Source: Haloferax volcanii DS2 (lineage in GTDB: Archaea; Halobacteriota; Halobacteria; Halobacteriales; Haloferacaceae). From it: a stretch of 32,000 nt of DNA. The notes beneath the pieces were generated by a model that was given only the letters and a program-made list of their open reading frames with translations, was not told where the DNA came from and ran no database searches. Made by a program: the position numbers and the translations under genes. The stretch covers positions 240,001 through 272,000 of the forward strand of contig NC_013966.1 in NCBI RefSeq assembly GCF_000025685.1, given 5' to 3'. Position 1 is the stretch's first letter, and each line of letters starts with the position of its first letter. Positions 24,243-32,000 of this stretch are shown here, in pieces.

Positions 24243-25640
24243 CAGTACTTCACAAAGCCGTTTAGTTAGAAGGTCTGCTTGCTGAAGATGTGTCCAACAA
24301 CCAGCAAACAGACGATGAAATCCACGAGGACCAGCTCCTTAACTTCCTCGTCAACTCTCTTGACGAGGAAGTTGCTCTCTCACTCGCTGAAAACGCTGAA
24401 CTCGATGCTGAAGACATCTACGAGGTCCTCGTCGGCGCCTGCGCCGACGGGACCTCAGTCTCAACGCTCTGTGAGAGAAGCGAAGATGCACCCCACGAAA
24501 ACTCCGTTCTCTACCATCTCCGCACTAAATTCGATCTAGAAACGCTCGAACAGGTTGGCAACATGCTCCTCCAGAAAGACGTTCTCGACGTCCTTCCCCA
24601 GCAGGTGGAGGTCTGCGCAGACCTCCACCTGCGGCCCTACTATGGTGACGAAGACGACACGGACGGCCTGTATCACTCACAAGCGAAGCGTGGAACCACC
24701 GCGTTCCACGCCTACGCGACGCTGTACGCACGCGTGAAGAACAAACGCTACACGCTGGCGGTGCGCCGTCTCGAAGACGGCGACACCGCCAGCAGTGTCC
24801 TCGCAGAGTTCCTCGGTATTCTCGACGGCCTTGACCTCGGTGTCAAGGCCGTCTATCTTGACCGCGAATTCTACGACAGCAAGTGTTTGACGCTGCTTCA
24901 GGCGCACAACCACGCCTACGTCATGCCGATCGTCCGCTGGGGACGGACGATCAAGCGAGAACTCTCAGAAGGGTGGAGTCGCGTGATTCAGCACAGTCTG
25001 ACGGCGAGACTCGACGGTCACAGCTGGACCGTCGAGTTCCCCGTCTACATCGACTGTACCTACCAGAACGGACGGTACGACGAACATGGGGTGGCGCGTC
25101 ACGGCTACGCCGCTGACGCGCCGTTCATCAACTCACCACGAGACGCTCGATACCACTACGCGAAACGCTTCGGTATCGAGGCGAGCTACCGACTCTCCGA
25201 GCAAAGTATTGCGACGACCTCGACACAAAATCCGGTTGTACGGCTGCTGTACGTCGTGGTGAGCTTGCTGTTACAGAACGTGTGGCGGTATCTGCACTGG
25301 GAGTACGTGGCGACGCCCCGCCGAGGCGGGCGTCGCCTCTGGCAGTGGCCATTCAAGGAGTTCATCAACATGATCCGACGGGCAGCGTGGACGGCCCTCG
25401 CGACGCGTCGGGCCGTCCCCGCGAACCGGCCACCGGACGACCGGTTCCACCGGTAACTCCCGACCGGGCTAGCCAACGGTGGGAGTGGCGACGCTGTCGC
25501 GTCGGCGGCAGCCGCCGCCGACAGCGACGGCTCTCCGCCGATCCGTCCATGATTCTCTCGTCGAAACCGCCAGTCCAACCGCTCCGCCACAGAACTCAGG
25601 CTTCAGAAACAGCTAGCCGAGGACGCTTTGTGAAGTACTG
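24243..25640 (+). mobile_element. ISH3-family insertion sequence, copy B, 1398 bp, 5 bp TSD
   Basis: Perfect 16 bp IRs CAGTACTTCACAAAGC. Direct duplication ATGAT at 24238-24242 and 25641-25645. Inverted relative to copy A. Confidence 0.9.
24290..25456 (+). CDS. ISH3-family transposase (388 aa)
   Basis: Full-length ORF with 9 aa differences from 11563..12729. Confidence 0.9.
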   Translation: MSNNQQTDDEIHEDQLLNFLVNSLDEEVALSLAENAELDAEDIYEVLVGACADGTSVSTLCERSEDAPHENSVLYHLRTKFDLETLEQVGNMLLQKDVLDVLPQQVEVCADLHLRPYYGDEDDTDGLYHSQAKRGTTAFHAYATLYARVKNKRYTLAVRRLEDGDTASSVLAEFLGILDGLDLGVKAVYLDREFYDSKCLTLLQAHNHAYVMPIVRWGRTIKRELSEGWSRVIQHSLTARLDGHSWTVEFPVYIDCTYQNGRYDEHGVARHGYAADAPFINSPRDARYHYAKRFGIEASYRLSEQSIATTSTQNPVVRLLYVVVSLLLQNVWRYLHWEYVATPRRGGRRLWQWPFKEFINMIRRAAWTALATRRAVPANRPPDDRFHR

Positions 25641-25884
25641 ATGATACGTATTTTGTCTCCTCCAATATATCACGCCACGCAGTCGGAGTGTCGGCGTCAC
25701 CGTCACACAGCTGTGGTTGCGGTTCTTGTTGTCTGAATGACTGATGTCTCATGCCGTGAAACACCGTCTCAGCCAATGACTATACTTGCGGTTGAATTCG
25801 TACTGAATATATGAATAAAACCGCATTACGGGCGACCGTGGACCGCGATCGACGCAACCGAAGGTTGGACGGAGTAAGTGTCTG

Positions 25885-28800
25885 ATGGGTGCGAGGGTCA
25901 GTCGGTGGCTACTCGTGGTAATAACACTCCTCGTCGTTTCGTTGGGTGTCGGTGTCACCGCCTTTTCGGGGGTGGCAGCCGCCGATATGCCGGACACATC
26001 GCAGTGTAGCGCCGTTTCATGGACCAATCAGACTATCTCGGGGCAAACGTACTACGAGGTCGATACGCTGGACAAACTCCAGTGTATCGATGACAAGGGA
26101 CTGGGGAATAACTACGTTCTAACCCGAGATATCAACGCGAGCGAGACATCGACGTGGGACAGCAACAATGGGTTTGACCCGATCGGGGACAAAAACAACG
26201 AGTTTACGGGCACCTTCGATGGCGACGACCACACGATTTCTGGCCTGACTATCAACCGAGGAGGGACATACTCCGTTGGCCTGTTTAGTGAGGTTGCGTC
26301 GGGAGGAACGATCACCAACATCGGTCTCGAGGGCGGATCCGTCACCGGCGCGAGAAGAACCGGACAGCTCGCCGGGTATAACGATGGGACCGTCGAGAAC
26401 TCTCACGTCACTGGTGAGGTTACCGGGACTTATCGAGTTGGCGGCCTAGTCGGCCGTAACGATGGGACGGTTCGTCGCTCCTACGCGATTGGAGAACCGA
26501 CTCGTGGAAGCGATTGGTTTGGCGGACTGGTCGGTTTCAACCAGGGGACGGTCAATCGCTCCTTCGCTGCAAGAGCCGTCGACGGAGGGGGAGGCAGCAC
26601 GTCTGCTGGCGGACTGGTCGGCGTCTCCACGGGAACGATAGCGGATTCCTACGCTACTGGCACGGTTACTGCGAGCTGGTACGCCGGTGGAGTACTCGGG
26701 TCGTTCCAAGCGGACCCTGGAGGAACGGTTCAGCGTTCGTACGCCACTGGGTCTCTCAGTATCGACGACGAGACGCAGGGGATTGGTGGCCTCGTCGGTG
26801 GCTCCGCTGTTGAACCGACTACCGTGGAGCAGGCTTACTGGGACGTAGGAACGACGAACGAGGACAGTGTGAGTACGGGAGATGGGTGGGAGCCGATAAC
26901 CTTCACCGACGTCAGCGGCTTCGGAGCGACGGCCGACACCGCTCCCGCTCCCGAGATGCAGGGGGCGAGTGCGGAGACGAACATGACCGGTCTCGACTTC
27001 ACCAACACGTGGGGAATGGTCGAACGCGAGGATACGGACGCGGCGATGGACGGTTATCCGATACTGCGGGGAATCGACCGGACGGAACAGCTTCAAGCGC
27101 AGGGTATTGCAAAGCCAGTCGTCGAGTCTATTACCCGGAATGACCCAGACGTTCAGGCAACCACCGCCGAACGCGTGAACCTCACCGTGACATTCTCGGA
27201 GCCGGTCACCGGCGTGGACGCTGACGATTTCACGCTTGCAACGACTGGTACTGCGACAACAGCCAATGGAGACGACGACATCTCGGTTACCGGTGCTGAC
27301 AGCCGGTACATCGTCACCGTCGACACCGTCTCGGGCACGGGCGACCTCGGAGTCGACCTCGTCGACGACGACAGTATTACCGACGCCGACGGTAACGCGC
27401 TGGTCGAATCCGGAGCAGCCGGGAGTACCGACGGGAGCTATACGGGCGGCGAGTCGTTCACCGTCGACAACACAGGGCCGACGTTCACCACTAGTGAGAA
27501 CTGGGCCGTCGCGGAAAACACCGTCATTGTAGCCGACGTGAACGCTACCGACGGAAACGGCAACGATACCAACATCACCTACTCGCTTGTCGGTGGGGTG
27601 GATCGATCAGCATTCAGCACCAACGCAACCACCGGCACCCTCTCGTTCGACAGCGCACCGGACTTCGAGAACGCGACCGATGCCGACGGGGACAACGAGT
27701 ATGTGGTCGACGTGCAGGCGGCTGATGAGTTCGGCATCAACACCACCGAGACAATCACCGTTACCGTGATCGATGCTGCCGAACCCCGGGTCGCACCCGA
27801 CAACAGCTCACAAACAACTCGCGAGGACACCGTGCTTTCCATCGCCGACGGCGAGAGCGTCAACCTCATACAACTAGGGACCGCTACCAGCGCTGGCGAC
27901 TCACTGACGGCGGTCAACGGCACGATGTTCAGCGGCGGTAGAGTCCTCACCCTCGGCTCGGGGGCGAACCTCACCGTCTATGGGAACGGAAGTTGGACGT
28001 ACGACCCGAACGGGCAGTTCGAGTCCCTTGAGGATGGGGAAAATACGACAGACAACTTTACCTACACTGTTTCGGATGTCGACGGTGATACTGCACGTGG
28101 GACGATTACGGTAACGATCATCGGCGTTGACGAACCAACGCCCCATGATTTGGGGTCATCTTCGTCGTCCAGTAATGATCCCGAAGTTCGTGTAACCGCC
28201 GGAGATAAGGGAGAGGGTACGTGGCGCGTCGACGTCTCGGACCCCTCGACTGACGAACCAGTCGAGATCCTACTCAGCGACACCAGTTCTGACGATACCG
28301 AACGCAATCTGTCACTCACCGGCCTGCAGATGAATATCGACGACGATTCGGATTTCGAACTCGACATCACGACCAGTGACGCCGGAAGTGGCGAAACCGA
28401 GCCGTCGTTTACCTCTGGGACGGAAGCGCAGTCGATGGGGACGATTACCGTCGACCATACGATTGCCGACGAGGATATCGAAGACGTGATATTCACCGTT
28501 AGTCTCCGCAAGTCACAGTTCGCCGACTCGGGCCTCAATTCCGACTCCGTCGCGCTTTACCGCGCCGAGACGACTCAGTGGAATCGACTACCAACCACTA
28601 TCGTTGAGGAGACTGATGCGCGGTATACGCTGGAAGCCACATCGCCAGGACTGTCGACGTTCGTAATCGGCTCGACTCCAGTTGCAAACACGACCGACAC
28701 GACAATCACAACTGACGAGTCAGCCGCGACAACCGAATCGGACATAACGGACACGATAGACACAACTGACGAGCCAGCCACGACGGCTAGTGACTCACCG

Positions 28801-28899
28801 GGATTCGGCGTTGTACTTACAGTAATCGCTATGTTGGTTGGTACATTCGTCGTTCGACGAGCTAGGTGTCGGTCGAAACAGGAGTCTGACTCACCGTGA
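25885..28899 (+). CDS. secreted cell-surface protein (1004 aa): signal peptide, GLUG-motif repeats, cadherin/VCBS-like domains, PGF-pre-PGF domain, Thr-rich linker, PGF-CTERM anchor
   Basis: N-terminal hydrophobic signal (WLLVVITLLVVSLGVGVTAFSGVAAA). Repeated GGLVG-x-N-x-GT-x-x-x-SYA units span about 26270-26880. Cadherin-like segments include ITYSLVGGVDRSAFSTNATTGTLSF and FTYTVSDVDGDTARGTITVTI. The C-terminus is TTDEPATTASDSPGFGVVLTVIAMLVGTFVVRRAR (PGF at 28798-28806). Confidence 0.85.
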   Translation: MGARVSRWLLVVITLLVVSLGVGVTAFSGVAAADMPDTSQCSAVSWTNQTISGQTYYEVDTLDKLQCIDDKGLGNNYVLTRDINASETSTWDSNNGFDPIGDKNNEFTGTFDGDDHTISGLTINRGGTYSVGLFSEVASGGTITNIGLEGGSVTGARRTGQLAGYNDGTVENSHVTGEVTGTYRVGGLVGRNDGTVRRSYAIGEPTRGSDWFGGLVGFNQGTVNRSFAARAVDGGGGSTSAGGLVGVSTGTIADSYATGTVTASWYAGGVLGSFQADPGGTVQRSYATGSLSIDDETQGIGGLVGGSAVEPTTVEQAYWDVGTTNEDSVSTGDGWEPITFTDVSGFGATADTAPAPEMQGASAETNMTGLDFTNTWGMVEREDTDAAMDGYPILRGIDRTEQLQAQGIAKPVVESITRNDPDVQATTAERVNLTVTFSEPVTGVDADDFTLATTGTATTANGDDDISVTGADSRYIVTVDTVSGTGDLGVDLVDDDSITDADGNALVESGAAGSTDGSYTGGESFTVDNTGPTFTTSENWAVAENTVIVADVNATDGNGNDTNITYSLVGGVDRSAFSTNATTGTLSFDSAPDFENATDADGDNEYVVDVQAADEFGINTTETITVTVIDAAEPRVAPDNSSQTTREDTVLSIADGESVNLIQLGTATSAGDSLTAVNGTMFSGGRVLTLGSGANLTVYGNGSWTYDPNGQFESLEDGENTTDNFTYTVSDVDGDTARGTITVTIIGVDEPTPHDLGSSSSSSNDPEVRVTAGDKGEGTWRVDVSDPSTDEPVEILLSDTSSDDTERNLSLTGLQMNIDDDSDFELDITTSDAGSGETEPSFTSGTEAQSMGTITVDHTIADEDIEDVIFTVSLRKSQFADSGLNSDSVALYRAETTQWNRLPTTIVEETDARYTLEATSPGLSTFVIGSTPVANTTDTTITTDESAATTESDITDTIDTTDEPATTASDSPGFGVVLTVIAMLVGTFVVRRARCRSKQESDSP

Positions 28900-28949
28900 G
28901 GCCGGTGGTTTGTTGTTCCTAACTTAGGTTGTGGACTCAATCTGAGCCA

Positions 28950-29690
28950 GGGCACTGTCTAGTTAACCTCCTGAGCTGGCGTTCTTCCGTCGAGCGACTG
29001 ATGCGGTCGCTGAAAATTACAGTAATGGATGAACACTGCAAGCCATTGGCGGACGCTCAGCCGACTTCCACCCATGAATTGTGGAAACGGTCAACTCTCA
29101 TTTTGAATGTGTGAAACCATTTTTCAATCAGGTTTCGGTCTGTGTAATCAACCCGACTGTTCAACCCTAATCGAGAGAAGGCAGTCTGATATCCGAAGAC
29201 ATCAGCCAGAAACACCGTCTCTGAACCGTCGTGTTTCTTACAGACTCCGTGGAGAAACGCAACCGCCGGATCGGTTCCATGACGCTTGAACAGCGCAACG
29301 TCAAGAATCACTTTTATGTCGAAGTATATTGCAGCGTACAACCAAGAACACTCACCGTTGATTGTGACAGCAGTCTCGTCGACCGCAACCCGCTTCGGTT
29401 TCGCCTCAGGCGGGTTGTGACAGCTATCAGAAATACGATATATTCACTGCTAAACAGCTTGGTGAGAGCGTTCAATGCCGAGATATCGAAGAATCTGTTT
29501 TATCTCTCTGAGTGAACAACCGGTCGTGTGGAGCTGGACGGCGAACGACCTGACGAGTATCGCCGTCCGCTCACGCTCCCACGTTTCTTTTAAATCTGTC
29601 GCAAAGTACTCACTGAGCAGGTCTGCGGGCTTCATCCCAAACATACTCAACGACCTGCTCGTGCCTCAAACTGGCTTAACTAGACTTCCT
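28950..29690 (-). mobile_element. IS6-family insertion sequence, decayed copy
   Basis: The inner end is GGGCACTGTCTAGTTA at 28950-28965. The outer end retains only GTCTAGTTAA (the complement of 29677-29686), and its terminal 6 nt differ from the expected GGCACT. Confidence 0.8.
28959..29650 (-). pseudogene. IS6-family transposase with two in-frame stops and one frameshift
   Basis: The translation reads ...LGIERSHQAV*Q*IYRISDSC..VAVDETAVTINGECSWLYAAIYFDIKVILDVALFKRHGTDPAVAFLHG...RVDYTDRNLIEKWFHTFKMRVDRFHNSWV. A -1 shift in a G run near 29063-29068 then leads to GSRLSVRQWLAVFIHYCNFQRPHQSLDGRTPAQEVN*. Confidence 0.85.
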
Positions 29691-30415
29691 GTTGATTGAG
29701 TATCTGAATAAGTCATATAATTCACACATCTCCATTCATTCTACGATATACAGTAGTTTCATTCAATCTCTCTAAAATTAGTGGCTCACAAAACTGAACA
29801 CTCTTATGACTCTCTTGGTGGTAAGTAGAGTTGTGGCCCACACGGGCAGACCCCCTTCTTGACTGGCGACCTAATGACCGTTCGCTCCACGCCTCGTAAC
29901 AGTGGATGAGGTGGTCCTCAATTACACATGTACATCTGTAATTTATAACGTTACAGCGGTGCGTCTGTCATGTATGGACGATCTACGAGTCGCACACCGA
30001 CTCAAAGCGACACCGCCCTCGTGATTGTATATTCTATTTTTGACATGAACATCCAGTTGAGGGTCCTCCCACCCAGTCGTCGGGGCGACTGTCTGGTGCC
30101 GGGGCTGAGACCGTGCGCTTACCACCTCCGATCGAGGTATGAACAAATGATACAGTCACCAATCCTTATCGTATCGCTACTGTGCGGCATGAGACGGATG
30201 TCTTGACCGACGGTGAAGACACGTAATGACACAGGCACGACAGTAATGGGTGTCCCAACGCAGTATTCGGATATAGTGAACACAATTCGAAGGGGACGAG
30301 TCGTCCACTAATGCTCCGTGTAGGGTGCGCACTCGCTCGGTGGTCGAAGCTGCTATCGGACGAAGAGAGAACAGAAGTAGGCGTTGAGCGGCCGCGAGGC
30401 ACGGAGCGCCGCGAC

Positions 30416-31183
30416 TCAGACCGACTCGCGGAGCGCCTTCCGAATCTGGTTGGCGGAACTGATGATGAGTCCGGGCACGTCCTGTTGGAAACGCTTTCCG
30501 GACATGCTCTCCGAGGAACTCAACACGAATATCGACCCGACCCGACCGTCCTCGGGGTCGACGACGCCAGCGGCGAGACCGCGGAGGTCGGTCTGCCACT
30601 CCTCGCGGTCCGACAAGAGGCCGCGAGTCTCCGCGGTGTCGAGTTCCTTACGGAGTGCGGCCGCGCTCGTAATCGTCTGGTCCGTGTGGCGGTCAAGTGA
30701 CGTCGCATCGACGGCGTCGCGGCGGTCGTCCGCCGGGAGTTGTGCGAGCATCGCCTTCCCCGGGGCCGTGCAGTAGAGTGGGACCGTCTGTCCTTCGGTC
30801 ACGGGCGGGGCCTCAACGTTCTGGCCGGTCCGCTCGTAGATGCAGACGCCCCGTCCGCGCTCGAATACGGTGAGGCCCGCGGCGAGTCCCGAAATCCGCG
30901 CGAGTCGGTCGACCTCCGACTTCCCGACCCCGTAGAAGGGGGCTTCGGACCGGACCGAACAGCCGAGTTCGAAAAACCGAAGACTGCGTCGATACCGTTG
31001 GTTCTCCTTGACGACGAACCCCAGTTGTCGGAGCGTTTCGAGATGGTTGTGCACCGAACTCTTCGAGAGGCCGACCTCCGTCTCGACCTCGGTCAGGTTG
31101 GCGTCGCCGAGTTTCGAGAGCGCGTCCAGCACGCGCCCGCTCGTCGTCGTCGCCTTCACCGGTGGGTCTCCGCGCTCGTTCAT
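30416..31183 (-). CDS. IclR-family transcriptional regulator
   Basis: N-terminal wHTH GRVLDALSKLGDANLTEVETEVGLSKSSVHNHLETLRQLGFV plus an IclR-type effector domain. The start is taken at ATG 31183; the ORF is open to 31222. Confidence 0.85.
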   Translation of the reverse strand: MNERGDPPVKATTTSGRVLDALSKLGDANLTEVETEVGLSKSSVHNHLETLRQLGFVVKENQRYRRSLRFFELGCSVRSEAPFYGVGKSEVDRLARISGLAAGLTVFERGRGVCIYERTGQNVEAPPVTEGQTVPLYCTAPGKAMLAQLPADDRRDAVDATSLDRHTDQTITSAAALRKELDTAETRGLLSDREEWQTDLRGLAAGVVDPEDGRVGSIFVLSSSESMSGKRFQQDVPGLIISSANQIRKALRESV

Positions 31184-31249
31184 GGCCAAACGAAGAACGG
31201 AGTTTACCATAAAAGTATTCACTATCGCCGAATCGGCCGCGTCGGTGGT

Positions 31250-32000
31250 TCACCACTCGGCGACGCTCCCGTCCTCATGGTACCATATCGGGCTCTGCCA
31301 GTCGACGCGGGACTGCGCGTGCTCGCGGACGGCCTCCTCATCTATCTTCACGCCGAGGCCGGGGGCGTCGGGAGCGGAGACGAAGCCGTCGTCGAACCCG
31401 AAGACGGCGGGGTCGTCGAGGTACCCGAGGAGGTCGTTCCCGTCGGCGCGGTGGATTTCGAGGTTCTGCGCCTGTGCGATGGCGTTCGGGAGCACCATAT
31501 CGAGGTGGAGACAGGAGGCGAACGAAATCGGCCCCAGCGGGCAGTGAAGCGAGACGAGCATATCTTTCGCCTCGGCCGCCGTGGCTATCTTGCGGACCTC
31601 CGAGATACCCCCGGCGTGGGACGGGGAGGGTTGAAGCACGTCGATGGCGTCGAGTTCCAGCGTCCGCTCGAAGTCCCAGCGGGAGTACAGGCGTTCGCCG
31701 GTCGCGAGAGGGACCTTGGTTCGGTTCTCGATGCGCGGCAGGGAGCGCGCGTGTTCGGGGAGGACAGGCTCCTCGTAGAACATCGGATCGAGCGGGTCGA
31801 GTTCGTCGGCGACCCATTTCGCCATCCCGGTCGTGATGCGCCCACGGAAGTCGACGACGATGTCCACGTCGTCCCCGACCTCGGATCGGACGGCTTCGAG
31901 GCGCTCGCGGACCCGGGCCACCGCGGCCGGGGAGTCGATGCGGTCTAACTGCGAGACGGCGGAGAGCTTCAGGCAGTCGTAGCCGCGGTCGACCTCCTCG
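31250..32000 (-). CDS. enolase-superfamily sugar-acid dehydratase (DgoD/galactonate dehydratase-like), N-terminus beyond the window
   Basis: The C-terminal ...DWQSPIWYHEDGSVAEW*, together with VLQPSPSHAGGISEVRKIATAAEAKDMLVSLHCPLGPI, closely parallels the D-galactonate dehydratase family. The frame stays open to nt 32000. Confidence 0.85.
   Translation of the reverse strand, partial: EEVDRGYDCLKLSAVSQLDRIDSPAAVARVRERLEAVRSEVGDDVDIVVDFRGRITTGMAKWVADELDPLDPMFYEEPVLPEHARSLPRIENRTKVPLATGERLYSRWDFERTLELDAIDVLQPSPSHAGGISEVRKIATAAEAKDMLVSLHCPLGPISFASCLHLDMVLPNAIAQAQNLEIHRADGNDLLGYLDDPAVFGFDDGFVSAPDAPGLGVKIDEEAVREHAQSRVDWQSPIWYHEDGSVAEW

Noticed and set aside
26446-27096. 216 aa ORF on the minus strand
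   Set aside because: It is antisense and lies inside the 1004 aa surface-protein gene. It is Arg-rich with no motifs.
30740-31948. 402 aa ORF on the plus strand
   Set aside because: It is antisense to the well-supported IclR and dehydratase genes. Its Arg/Gly/Val-rich low-complexity translation has no motifs.

Overview
Haloarchaeal accessory, plasmid-like DNA. The evidence is an acidic proteome, an Orc1/Cdc6 initiator with ORB repeats, a PGF-CTERM surface protein and ISH-type insertion sequences. About a quarter of the window is IS DNA: two direct IS4-family (ISH8-like) copies, two inverted ISH3-family copies, one IS5-family (ISH1-group-like) copy, one IS1595-family (ISH4-like) copy, one decayed IS6-family copy and a short IS6 remnant. 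From left to right the window holds the following. (1) A PglX / type IIG-like N6-adenine methyltransferase truncated by an IS. (2) A Tat-secreted S1 serine protease split by an IS5 element, followed by a Tat lipoprotein. (3) A wHTH-Doc-small acidic protein operon. (4) A wHTH-PIN-unknown operon carrying a nonsense codon and a probable frameshift. (5) A cluster of wHTH regulators around an Arch_ATPase/DUF234 NTPase whose C-terminus carries a PD-(D/E)xK-like motif, plus a small zinc-ribbon protein. (6) An orc1/cdc6 gene flanked on both sides by ORB-like repeats and next to an AT-rich unwinding element. (7) A 5.6 kb module bounded by inverted IS6 ends that carries a wHTH regulator and a 1004 aa GLUG/cadherin/PGF-CTERM surface protein. 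(8) An ordinary IclR regulator and a DgoD-like sugar-acid dehydratase at the right edge. The best candidates for undescribed biology are the NTPase-nuclease/wHTH/zinc-ribbon cluster with a shared 35 bp promoter-region repeat, the non-canonical Doc module, a palindromic operator-like motif (TTAACCAAC-N19-23-GTTGGTTAA) shared by three loci, the two-dialect ORB origin, and the IS-bounded replicon architecture. No rRNA, tRNA or CRISPR array was found. All functional calls come from reading motifs in translations; no database search was possible.
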